Of a DNA stretch of 64,000 nucleotides, positions 20,070-29,318 are shown piece by piece (within the stretch, counting starts at the first letter, position 1; the number at the start of each line of letters is the position of its first letter). The stretch covers positions 1,664,001-1,728,000 of the forward strand of contig OY969696.1 in the NCBI GenBank assembly GCA_963702005.1, written 5' to 3'. The DNA is from Candidatus Aminicenantes bacterium (GTDB lineage: Bacteria; Acidobacteriota; Aminicenantia; Aminicenantales; JAFGBC01). The position numbers were made by a program, and so were the translations under genes. The notes under the pieces were generated by a model. That model worked only from the letters and a program-made list of their open reading frames with translations, had not been told where the DNA came from and ran no database searches.

Positions 20070-20567
20070 TTATTCGGCGTATTTAAGCTCGAGGACGACT
20101 TTGAAGAAATCCGCGGCGAGCAGGTTGGTCCAGTCCGTTTCCTCGATGAGCTTGCGGGTCGTCGCGAACGAGCAATAGGGCTTCCATTCCTGGAGCGACG
20201 TCGGATGGGCGACCTGCACGGAGAAGACAATCCGGTCGATGGTCTTGAATGTCCTGTAGAGCTCCCGGATCTTGGGGGCCATCTCGACGCCGATGTCGTC
20301 GTTGATCTCGGACATCTGGTCCGTGTAGAAATGATAGGAGATCTGAAGTTCACCTTCGGCTTGGTCCAGGTCGAAGAGCCCCGATGTTTGATCTTCGGCC
20401 CTGCCGAGGACGGCGGACACGGCGGCGAGGTCGACGACCTCGGCGGCCGGGGCCGCGGTTTCTTCCTTGGGGCTCGATTTGCAGGCGGATATGAACGCAA
20501 GCGCCAGGAACGCTAAGGCGATCACCCCGAAAAGAGCCATTGTCTTGAGTCTGAGTTTTTGATTCAT
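20070..20567 (-). CDS. hypothetical lipoprotein
   Basis: hydrophobic N-terminus with ISAC lipobox; GGAGG SD. Confidence 0.7.
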   Translation of the reverse strand: MNQKLRLKTMALFGVIALAFLALAFISACKSSPKEETAAPAAEVVDLAAVSAVLGRAEDQTSGLFDLDQAEGELQISYHFYTDQMSEINDDIGVEMAPKIRELYRTFKTIDRIVFSVQVAHPTSLQEWKPYCSFATTRKLIEETDWTNLLAADFFKVVLELKYAE

Positions 20568-20645
20568 ACCGACCTCCATCGCTACAAGGAAATATTCCAC
20601 AGCTTTCCGCCCTTGTCAAGGACGGCCCGCCGCCCCTTGCTTGAA

Positions 20646-21251
20646 CTATTTGCGGTTTCCGCCGCGCGCCTTGAGCGACCCCAGGAAACGGGCGTAATCC
20701 TCGGGCGTGTTGAGATTCTTGAGCCAGGATGGATCTTCGAGGGGAATCGTCCGCGTCTTGCACATGGAGAAGAGAGGGATGAGACCGTTCTCCCCCGACG
20801 CGACCAGCCGCTCGACGGCGGGCAGGACGGATTTCTTATAAACGGCGAAGAGCGGTTCGAATTCGCCCCGGACCGTTACGGGGACGGCGATCTCGTGCCC
20901 GGCGGCGGCCCGGATCAGGCGCCCCAGAAAGCCGAGGTCGATGTCGGGGATGTCGCAGGCGATAACGGCCGAGGCTTCGTTGGACGCGGCGCCGAGTCCG
21001 CGCCGGATGCCCTCGATCGGACCGCGGCCGTCGATCTCATCCTCGACCTGCCGGCAGGGGAGGCCGGGAAGGGTCCGCCCCCTCGAGACGGAGATCAGGA
21101 CTTCGTCGAAGCGGCCCTTGAGCTGGGCCAGGACGCGGTCGATCAGGGGACGGTCGGGGGCGGGGAGGAGGGCTTTGGCCGTTTTCATCCGCCGGCTTTG
21201 GCCTCCCGCTAGGACAACGAGGCTGACCGGTTCTCCGTCGTAACGAAACAT
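20646..21251 (-). CDS. mobA: molybdenum cofactor guanylyltransferase
   Basis: VVLAGGQSRRMKTAKALL, GPIEGI, ACDIP, EPLFAVY, NLNTPED. Confidence 0.92.
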   Translation of the reverse strand: MFRYDGEPVSLVVLAGGQSRRMKTAKALLPAPDRPLIDRVLAQLKGRFDEVLISVSRGRTLPGLPCRQVEDEIDGRGPIEGIRRGLGAASNEASAVIACDIPDIDLGFLGRLIRAAAGHEIAVPVTVRGEFEPLFAVYKKSVLPAVERLVASGENGLIPLFSMCKTRTIPLEDPSWLKNLNTPEDYARFLGSLKARGGNRK

Positions 21252-21257
21252 AACCAC

Positions 21258-21266
21258 ATTATATCA
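21258..21266 (-). promoter_or_regulatory. extended -10 promoter, probably giving a leaderless mobA mRNA
   Basis: TGATATAAT with only 6 nt before ATG 21251; no SD. Confidence 0.55.
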
Positions 21267-21340
21267 GGGTCAAACCTACACTTTGTCACTAAGTGTAAAA
21301 CCGTTGGTTTGAATTTGTGACAAAGTGTAGGTTTGACCCT
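21266..21340. repeat. REP-like perfect 24-bp inverted repeat
   Basis: AGGGTCAAACCTACACTTTGTCAC (21266-21289) and its reverse complement (21317-21340), 27-nt spacer. Confidence 0.9.
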
Positions 21341-22628
21341 AATCCTCGAGGGTTTCCTGGATGATGTCCTTGAGGGTGATGATTCCCTGGAGCCGGTTGT
21401 CCCGGTCCACGACGGGCAGGGCCATGAATTTGTATTTCTTGAAGAGCTTGACCACGTCCTCGATGTCCTGGTCGGGCTCGACCGTGATCAAGCGCGGGTT
21501 CATGAACTCGGCCACCGGCGTGCTCTTGTCGCAGATGATCAGGTGGCGCAGGGTGGACACGCCCAGCAGGCGCCGGTCCTTGTCCGTGACATAAATGTAG
21601 GCCACGGAGTCCATGGGATAAGTCGTTTTGCGGAATTCCTCGATGGCCTGGCCGATGGTCTGATCGCGATCCAGGGAGATATAATCCTTGGTCATCAGGC
21701 TTCCGGCCGTGCCCTCCTTGTGCCGGAGCAGCTCGACCAGGGCGTCCCGGGAGGGCTTCTCCATGGTCCGGATCAGGCTCTGTTTTTGCTCCTCGGGCAG
21801 GTCGGACAGAAGGTCGGTGGCCTCGTCCGGGGCCATCTCCTCCAGGATGTCCGAGGCACTCTCGGCCGGAGCCGCTTCGAGCAGCCGGATCTGCAGCTCG
21901 GGGTCGACTTCCTCCAGAGTTTCGGCCGCGGTCTCCACGTCCAGGGACTTGAACAGGCGGTCGCGGTTGACCCGGTCCAGATCCTCCAGGATATCCGCCA
22001 GCTCCGAGGGATGGAGGTCGCGGATGTTGCTGCCGGCGACGTTCAACTTAAGGTCCTGGTTGTGCACGTCGCTGAGCAGGGGCTGGACGTTTTTCCAGGA
22101 GATCAGCTTTTCCTTGATCTGGAAGGAGAAAAAGAATCCGGTGAAGGCATCCACGGCCTTCAGCCATCCCAGCCGGCGGATGAGCCCCCGCAAGCCGAAA
22201 TCGACGTGGACGACGTGGAGGTCCTTGTTGACGACCAGGAGATGGATGTCATTAACCCTTTCGATCTTGGCCCCGAAGGTATCGACCACCTGCCTGTCCA
22301 GGAGCTCCTCGCGGAGGAGAATCTCGTCGGCGCCGACCTCGAGGGTATGGAAATGCTCCTCGGCGCCGGGCTGAAGGCTGATGCGGTTGCCGGTGACGGA
22401 ATCGACCTGGGCCCAATCCAGCTCCACCGGCCTTTTCTTCCTCCTGGGCTTGATGACCAGAGACGACATCTTGGGGAAGAGCTCGCTCAGCCGAACCTTC
22501 ATGTCGGCCAGCTTGCCCACGGACCGGCCCCGGGCGTTCATGACCGGCCGGTCCAGAAACCGGGAGAGGTAGACGAACATCTTCAGCCCGGGCTCCTGAA
22601 GGACTTTTTCCGGCTGGATACTGGCCAT
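21339..22628 (-). CDS. PRC-barrel + MgtE N-terminal + CBS-pair cytoplasmic protein
   Basis: LHPSELADILEDL, EEMAPDEATDLL, TAGSLMT, ALPVVD...GIITLKDI; no membrane domain. Confidence 0.88.
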   Translation of the reverse strand: MASIQPEKVLQEPGLKMFVYLSRFLDRPVMNARGRSVGKLADMKVRLSELFPKMSSLVIKPRRKKRPVELDWAQVDSVTGNRISLQPGAEEHFHTLEVGADEILLREELLDRQVVDTFGAKIERVNDIHLLVVNKDLHVVHVDFGLRGLIRRLGWLKAVDAFTGFFFSFQIKEKLISWKNVQPLLSDVHNQDLKLNVAGSNIRDLHPSELADILEDLDRVNRDRLFKSLDVETAAETLEEVDPELQIRLLEAAPAESASDILEEMAPDEATDLLSDLPEEQKQSLIRTMEKPSRDALVELLRHKEGTAGSLMTKDYISLDRDQTIGQAIEEFRKTTYPMDSVAYIYVTDKDRRLLGVSTLRHLIICDKSTPVAEFMNPRLITVEPDQDIEDVVKLFKKYKFMALPVVDRDNRLQGIITLKDIIQETLED

Positions 22629-22639
22629 GATCTCTGCGG

Positions 22640-23905
22640 TTACCTCTTAAGGGCGCTCAGCAGCGAATCCAGGAGCAGCACCGCCGTCAGGGTGAACAGG
22701 ACGATCGTCCCGGTCCAACCGACGACGTTCTGGAACGTGTTGTTGACGTGTTCGCCCATGATCTTCCGGTTGTTGACCATGCGGATCATAGAGTAGAGGA
22801 CGACGGGCAGGAGCATGGCGTTGAGGACCTGCGTCCAGATGGTGATGGCGATCAGGGGCGCGCCGGGAATGAGGATGATCAGGACCGAGACGGTCATGAT
22901 GAAGGCGAACAGGGCGTAGAATTGGGGGGCTTCCTGGATTTTCTTATTGATGCCGGCCTCGAAGCCGAAGGCCTCGCAGACAAAAAAGGCCGTGGCCAGG
23001 GGGAGGATGGTCGCCGAAAAAACGGAAGCGATAAACAACCCGAAGGCGAACAGCTGGGCGGCGAAGGCCCCGGCAAAGGGCTTGAGGGCCAGGGCCGCGT
23101 CCTTGGCTTCGTTGATCACCAGCCCGTTTTTGTTCAGGGTCGCGGCGCAGGCGACCATGATGAAGAAGGCCACGACCACGGTGGCCGTGCATCCGATGAT
23201 GACATCCCACAGGGCGAATTTGTAATCCTGGATCTTGATCCGTTTCTCGATGACGGCCGATTGCATGTAGAACTGCATCCAGGGGGCGACGGTCGTTCCG
23301 ATGATACCCAGGACCATGCTCAAGTACGCTGTGTCGAAATGCATCTCGGGCCGGATGACGGCTTGGCCGATCTCTCGCCAATCCGGCTTGGCCAGGGCGG
23401 CCGAGATGATGTAGGACAGGAGGCAGAAGCTGAAGAAGAGGAAGATGCGCTCGGCGGTCTTGTAATCCCTTTTGGTCACCAGCAGCCAGACGCCGACCGC
23501 CACCAGCGGGACCGAGATGTATTTGCTGACGCCGAAGATCATCAGACTGCCGGCCACCCCGGCAAATTCAGTGGCCGTATTGCCGATATTGGCGGTTACC
23601 AGCCCGATGAAGATGAACAGGGTTACCTTGACCCCGAAGTTTTCCCTGATCAGGTCGGCCAGGCCCTTGCCGGTGACGATCCCCATCCGGGCGTTCATCT
23701 CCTGGACGATGATCAGAAGCAGGAACGAGGGGAGAAGCGTCCAGATGAGCCTGTAACCGTAGGAGGCGCCGGCCACCGAATAGGTCGTGATCCCGCCCGC
23801 GTCGTTGTCCACGCTTCCGGTGATGATGCCGGGGCCGAGGACGGCCAGGAAAAGGAGGAAACTCCTGACGCGGGGATTCTGCTTGATGGCGGTGAAGACG
23901 CTCAT
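22640..23905 (-). CDS. Nramp-related divalent metal (probably Mg2+) transporter
   Basis: LGPGIITGSVDNDAGGITTYS, QEMNARMG, GTTVAPWMQFY; GGAG SD before ATG 23905. Confidence 0.88.
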   Translation of the reverse strand: MSVFTAIKQNPRVRSFLLFLAVLGPGIITGSVDNDAGGITTYSVAGASYGYRLIWTLLPSFLLLIIVQEMNARMGIVTGKGLADLIRENFGVKVTLFIFIGLVTANIGNTATEFAGVAGSLMIFGVSKYISVPLVAVGVWLLVTKRDYKTAERIFLFFSFCLLSYIISAALAKPDWREIGQAVIRPEMHFDTAYLSMVLGIIGTTVAPWMQFYMQSAVIEKRIKIQDYKFALWDVIIGCTATVVVAFFIMVACAATLNKNGLVINEAKDAALALKPFAGAFAAQLFAFGLFIASVFSATILPLATAFFVCEAFGFEAGINKKIQEAPQFYALFAFIMTVSVLIILIPGAPLIAITIWTQVLNAMLLPVVLYSMIRMVNNRKIMGEHVNNTFQNVVGWTGTIVLFTLTAVLLLDSLLSALKR

Positions 23906-24060
23906 GATATTACGCTTCTCTCCGGTCGTTCTCCGGATGGCCGGCCAAAGAACGGCAAGGGTGCTTATAGCACAGGCGGAAATTCGTGTCAAAAGATTTC
24001 GGCGGTTGTCGCTGAAAGGCTTCGGGACTATAATCCCGTTCGCGAGCATGCGGTGATTCC

Positions 24061-24984
24061 ATGACCGGCGAACCTAGTCACCCGGACGCCCTGAGCGGGG
24101 TCGAGGCCCGCTTTCCCGGCCTGGTCGACCGGGTCCGCCGCCTGATCGAGGAATCCGAGCGGGCCTACAACGGCAAAACGCGGGACGAGGGCTCGAGCTT
24201 CCTCTGGGAGCATACCGTCCACGTCGCGTCCTATGCCCAGCGAATCGCCCTCGCCGAAAAGCGGGACCCCGTCCCGGACGTCCTGGCGGCGCTCTTTCAT
24301 GACGCCGGCAAGTTCCGGGGCGGACGGTATCATCCCGGCCAAGAGCCGGAGGAAGAAGCGGCCGCGGCCGCCGCCCGGATGATCCTCCCCGAGTTCGCCG
24401 TCCCCACGGGCCTGATCGAGGACATCGTCTCGGGCCTGAGAACCCTCTACAAAGAGAAACGGCCCGCTCATCCTCTGGCGGCGGTCGTCCACGACGCGGA
24501 CTTCCTCTCCAAGTCCGGGTCGCTCGGCGTCGCCCATTTCTTCGTCAAGTCCACGCTCCGGGGCCGGACCCTGCGCGACGCGGTCATGAACACCCTGAGC
24601 AAGGAGCTGACCTACGCCGCAGTCCTTCCGCTCAACATGAGGACCGGCGCCGGCCGCGCCCTGGCCCGGATCAAGTCCCGGGACGCGCTCCGCTTCTTCG
24701 ACCGCTTCCTGGTCGAGCTCAACGAGGCCTCTCCGCCCGGCTTCCGAGTCGAAACGTTAAGAATTCGGGGGACACATGACTTAATTCGGGAATTAAGTCA
24801 TGTGTCCCCCGAATTCATCAAGGTACGGCTGGTCGTTCCGACGGCCTGCGAGCGATGCGGAGGGCCGTGGGCATTTGAGCCGTCGGTCGCCGAGGGCGTC
24901 AAGTGCCGCGAGCTCCGCGTCCTTATCCACTGCCGAAGTTGCGATAACAGGTCCGAGATCTCCTTCTGCCTGCCCGAGCTGTAA
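24061..24984 (+). CDS. HD-domain protein with C-terminal Cys-rich zinc-ribbon-like region
   Basis: EHTVHV, ALFHDAGK, HDADFL; CERC...CRSC. Confidence 0.8.
   Translation: MTGEPSHPDALSGVEARFPGLVDRVRRLIEESERAYNGKTRDEGSSFLWEHTVHVASYAQRIALAEKRDPVPDVLAALFHDAGKFRGGRYHPGQEPEEEAAAAAARMILPEFAVPTGLIEDIVSGLRTLYKEKRPAHPLAAVVHDADFLSKSGSLGVAHFFVKSTLRGRTLRDAVMNTLSKELTYAAVLPLNMRTGAGRALARIKSRDALRFFDRFLVELNEASPPGFRVETLRIRGTHDLIRELSHVSPEFIKVRLVVPTACERCGGPWAFEPSVAEGVKCRELRVLIHCRSCDNRSEISFCLPEL
24761..24816. repeat. palindromic element in frame inside the HD gene
   Basis: perfect 27-bp arms GAATTCGGGGGACACATGACTTAATTC with a 2-nt centre. Confidence 0.95.
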
Positions 24985-25176
24985 CGAATAAAATTCATTA
25001 TGGAAACATCGCGAGTTCTGTGATTTCCGGAACGATGGAGCGAGGACCGCTTTTAAAACCCTCCCATCACATAAAAAGAGATGCTTACATCCATTATATG
25101 GATCTTGTTTCCCCCCGCTAGATGGACGATAATGAACCTTCATGGCTGAGCCGCCAAGGTTCTGAAAGGAGTCCTC

Positions 25177-26475
25177 ATGTCTATATCCCGCCGCAAGTTC
25201 ATTCGGAACGGAGCGCTAAGTGTGGCCTCCCTCGGCCTCGCTTCGAAAAAAATTCTGGGGACACACGACTTAATTCCTGAATTAAGTCGTGTGTCCCCAG
25301 AATTACGGTCCGGAGAGAGCTCTCTTCAGAACATGGTCGCGGGCGTCGTCCCGATCGCTCCCGAGGATTACGAGAAGCGTCTCGAAAGGGCCCGGCGTCT
25401 CATGGCCGACAACGCCATCGACGCCCTGTTCGTGGGCGGCGGCATGAACCTCGTCTACTTCACTAAGGTTTCCTGGTGGCTGAGCGAGCGCCCGTTCGGG
25501 ATGGTCCTCGGCCGTAAGAAGCCGCCCATCTGGATCTCGCCCGCCTTCGAGTTGCCGCGGGCCCAGGAGCTCATCCCCTCCGGCCAAGAAATTCGCGTTT
25601 GGGAAGAGCACGAAAATCCTTACAAGTTAGTTGCCGGGATCTTAGCCGACTTAGGCGCGGGATCGGGCCGGTTCGCCCTGGCCCCCGACCTCCGCTCCTT
25701 CGAAGTCTTCGGCCTGCGGACGAACTGCGCCCCAACCGAAGTCGTCAACGGGGCGGTCGTCACCGAGGGATGCCGCGGCGTCAAATCCGAGAAAGAAATC
25801 GCCTTCATGGACCTTGCCAACAGGATCACCAAAATCGCCTACCGGGAAGGATTCAAGAGCCTCCGCGGGGGAATGAGCCCGCGCGACCTGGCCGGCGCGA
25901 TCGCGGCCGCCCACCAGACGCTCGGGGTTTCGGGCGGCGGCGGGCCCCAATTCGGGCCCAACACGGCCTACCCCCACGGCTCCCAAGTGGCGCGGACGCT
26001 CCAGCCCGGCGACGCCGTCCTTGTCGACGGCGGCTGTTCCGTCGAGGGCTATCGATCGGACATCACGCGGACCGTCGTCTTCGGAGCGCCCTCGGACAAG
26101 CACCGCCGCGTCTGGGACGTCGTCAAGCGGGCCCAGACGGCCGCCCTCCAGGCCGTCCGTCCGGGCGCGACCTGCGAATCCGTGGACCGGGCCGCCCGCA
26201 AGGTCGTCGAGGACGCGGGGTTCGGCCCCGATTATAAGTTTTTCACGCATCGGCTCGGCCACGGGATCGGGATGGAGGGGCACGAATACCCCTACCTCGT
26301 CCGCGGCAATACGCTCAAGCTCGAGCCGGGGATGACCTTTTCCAACGAGCCCGGGATCTACATCTACGGCGAATTCGGGATCAGGATCGAGGACTGCATG
26401 GTCGTCACCGAAGACGGGGGCCGCATCCTGGGCGGCATGTCGGCCGTCTCCCTCGAACAGCCCTTCGGCGACTGA
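25177..26475 (+). CDS. Tat-exported Xaa-Pro peptidase (M24)
   Basis: SRRKFI; YPHG, VDGGC..GYRSDITRT, HRLGHGIGMEGHE, SNEPGIY, GIRIED. Confidence 0.92.
   Translation: MSISRRKFIRNGALSVASLGLASKKILGTHDLIPELSRVSPELRSGESSLQNMVAGVVPIAPEDYEKRLERARRLMADNAIDALFVGGGMNLVYFTKVSWWLSERPFGMVLGRKKPPIWISPAFELPRAQELIPSGQEIRVWEEHENPYKLVAGILADLGAGSGRFALAPDLRSFEVFGLRTNCAPTEVVNGAVVTEGCRGVKSEKEIAFMDLANRITKIAYREGFKSLRGGMSPRDLAGAIAAAHQTLGVSGGGGPQFGPNTAYPHGSQVARTLQPGDAVLVDGGCSVEGYRSDITRTVVFGAPSDKHRRVWDVVKRAQTAALQAVRPGATCESVDRAARKVVEDAGFGPDYKFFTHRLGHGIGMEGHEYPYLVRGNTLKLEPGMTFSNEPGIYIYGEFGIRIEDCMVVTEDGGRILGGMSAVSLEQPFGD
25251..25304. repeat. palindromic element in frame inside the M24 peptidase gene
   Basis: perfect 26-bp arms AATTCTGGGGACACACGACTTAATTC with a 2-nt centre; 54 nt. 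Confidence 0.95.
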
Positions 26476-26491
26476 GCGGTCGGTTTCTTCG

Positions 26492-29194
26492 ATGAGGACC
26501 GGGCGGCCGTTTGAGCGATCCGGCACCCGACTCCCGGCGCGTTTCCTCGGATTTCTTGTGGCAGCCTTCTGCGCGGCCGGCCTGCTCGCGGCCGTTCCCC
26601 TTGCGGCCGTCGAGATCCCGCCGCCCAAAACGGTCGCGGCCGTCCGGGCCGCGGGCCCGATCCGAATCGACGGCGTCCTGTCCGAACCGGCCTGGAAACG
26701 TCCCGGCGACGACGCCTTCACCCAGACCGACCCGAACGACGGGGCGGTGCCCAGCGAGCGGACGACGATCTGGATCGCCTACGACGACGACAATCTCTAC
26801 GTCGCGGCCCGTCTCGACGATTCCCGGCCGGCCGGGATCATCGGCCTCCTCGGCCGGCGCGACGACGGAGTCGATTCGGATTGGTTTTACTTCGGGATCG
26901 ATCCCTACCTCGACCGGAGGAGCGGCTTTTTCTTCGGCATCAACCCGGCCGGCTCGATCATCGATGGAACCCTCTACAACGACGTGAGCACGGACGCGAC
27001 CTGGGACGGCATCTGGGAGAGCGCGGCCGGCCGGGACGATCGCGGCTGGACCGTCGAGCTCCGCATCCCCTTCGACCAGCTCCGTTTCAAAAAGCGGAGC
27101 GAGTATGTCTGGGGCGTCAACTTCGAGCGGATCATCAAACGCAAGAACGAAGACGACTTCTTCGCCTGGAAGCCCAAGGAGGAGAGCGGCCTGGTCTCCC
27201 GGTTCGCGACGCTGACCGGTGTGCGGGGAATCAATGCGGGCCGGCCCGTCGAGATCTGGCCCTACGGCATGGCCGGCGCCGGTTTCAGCCCCGAAGAGCC
27301 GGGGAATCCCTTCCGGACGGGGCGCGAGCTTTCGGCCAACGCCGGACTCGACCTTAAAGCCGGCCTGCGGAGCAACCTGACCCTCGACGCCTCGATCAAC
27401 CCCGACTTCGGCCAGGTCGAGGTCGACCCGGCCGTCATCAATATCTCCGATCAGGAAACGTACTACAAGGAAAAGAGGCCTTTCTTCATCGAAGGCGCGG
27501 ACATTTTCCGCTTCGGGACGGGCGGCGCCACGAGCGACATCAGCTTGGGCTGGACTCCGCCCGGCTTTTTCTACAGCCGGCGCATCGGCCGCCAGCCTCA
27601 GGGGAGCGTCAACGCGCCCGGCTTCGCGGACAGTCCCGACTGGACGACTATTCTGGCCGCCGCCAAGATAACGGGCAAAGTCGGCCGGGATTTCAACCTC
27701 GGATTCGTGAGCGCGTTCACCGGCCGGGAATCGGCCGAGCTAGATCTGGCGGGAGTCCGTTCCTCGCGGGAGGTCGAACCCTTCACGTACTACGGCATCC
27801 TCCGCGGTCTTAAGGAGTTCGGCGGAGGCAAGCGCGGGCTGGGATTCATCGCGACCTCCGTCCTCAGGGACCTGGACGGCGGGGAGCTTGAGGCCATGCT
27901 CAGCCGGAGCGCCTTCGCCCTCGGCTTTGACGGGTGGACGGCTCTCGATAAGGCCAACGGCTGGGCTTTGACCGGCTGGCTGGGAGGAACGTTGGTGGCG
28001 GGGAGCACCGAGGCTATGACTAGGCTCCAAACGTCGGCCCTCCACTACTTCCAGCGGCCCGACCAGGATTACGTCCGGGTCGACGAAAGCGCGACCTCGC
28101 TCTCCGGCTGGGCGGGACGGCTTTACCTTAATAAACAAAAAGGGAACGTTGTTTTCAACGCCGAGCTCGGGGCGCAGTCGCCCGGGTTCGAGGCCAACGA
28201 CCTCGGCTACCACGGCCGCGGCGATCTCATCAACGGGCATGTCCAGCTGGGCTACCAGACTTTCCACCCCGGCCGTCTGTTCCGGCGCTGGGTCGGCCTG
28301 CTCAGCTACTACCGGACCCTCGATTTCGGGGGGAATCGGATCGGCGAATACTGGTACCTGGACGGCGAGGCCCAGCTCCTCAACTACTGGACACTCGGCC
28401 TCCATCTGGATTACGAGCCGCCCAAGTACAGCCATTACCTGACCCGGGGCGGTCCGATGGCTTATTATCCCTGGGGACAGACCGAGCAGATCATGATCGA
28501 GAGCGACAACCGGAAGCCCCTGGTCGCTGCATTCCAGGGTCACTACCGGACCCATCCCGATGGCGGCTACAACTGGTCCTTAAGCCTATCTCTGACCTGG
28601 AAGCCGGGGGAGAGGATCAGCCTATCCCTGGCATCCGGCTATACGTTCCGCTACTCCCAAGGGCAATGGGTGACGAAGGTCCAAGACGAGTTGAAGACCG
28701 AGACCTACGGCGTACGTTACGTCCTGTCCGACATCATCGAGAAGACGTTCCCGATCGAGATCCGCGCCAACTGGACCTTCACGCCCCGCCTCAGCCTTCA
28801 GGCCTATCTTTAGCCCTACATCGGGACGGGAGATTACCGGCTGTTCAAAGAGCTGGCCGCAGCCCGGACTTTCCGGTTCAACGTCTTCGGACAGGCCGAC
28901 GGATCGACATTGGATTTCAAGAATGGGGTTTATACGGCGGACCCGGACGGCCCCGGCCCGGCCCGCCCGTTTTCGTTCGCCGATCCCGACTTCAGCCTCA
29001 AGTCGCTCAGGGGAACGATCGTCCTGCGCTGGGAGTACCGGCCGGGCTCGATGCTCTACCTGGTCTGGACCCAGAGGAGGGCCGACGGGAGCGATCCCGG
29101 CGATTTCAGCCTGTGGCGCGATCTCGAGGATCTCTGGGACGCGCCCGGCGACAACATCGTCCTCCTTAAATTCTCCTACCGGTTCCAGATTTGA
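26492..29194 (+). pseudogene. CBM9-like/DUF5916 outer-membrane protein interrupted by an in-frame TAG
   Basis: INPDFGQVEVDPAVIN, EKRPFFIEG, FYSRRIGR; TAG at 28811-28813 where the paralogue at 61435 has Gln; frame continues to KFSYRFQI*. Confidence 0.8.
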
Positions 29195-29318
29195 TGAGTG
29201 GCTGCCGGGCCGGCGACCATCGACCGGCACCGATTCCATTAGCCGATCCGATTGCCGTCGCGGGAGAAATTGAGTACAATAATTCCGGGTGACAGGTCGT
29301 CCGGGAGGTGAGCGTCCT

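Noticed and set aside
24761-25304. The two palindromic repeats as a CRISPR array
   Set aside because: Only two copies, about 435 nt between them, both inside genes; no cas genes.
28811-28813. Pyrrolysine or genome-wide TAG reassignment
   Set aside because: The aligned residue is Gln, TAG is a real stop in several genes here, and no pyl genes are in the window.
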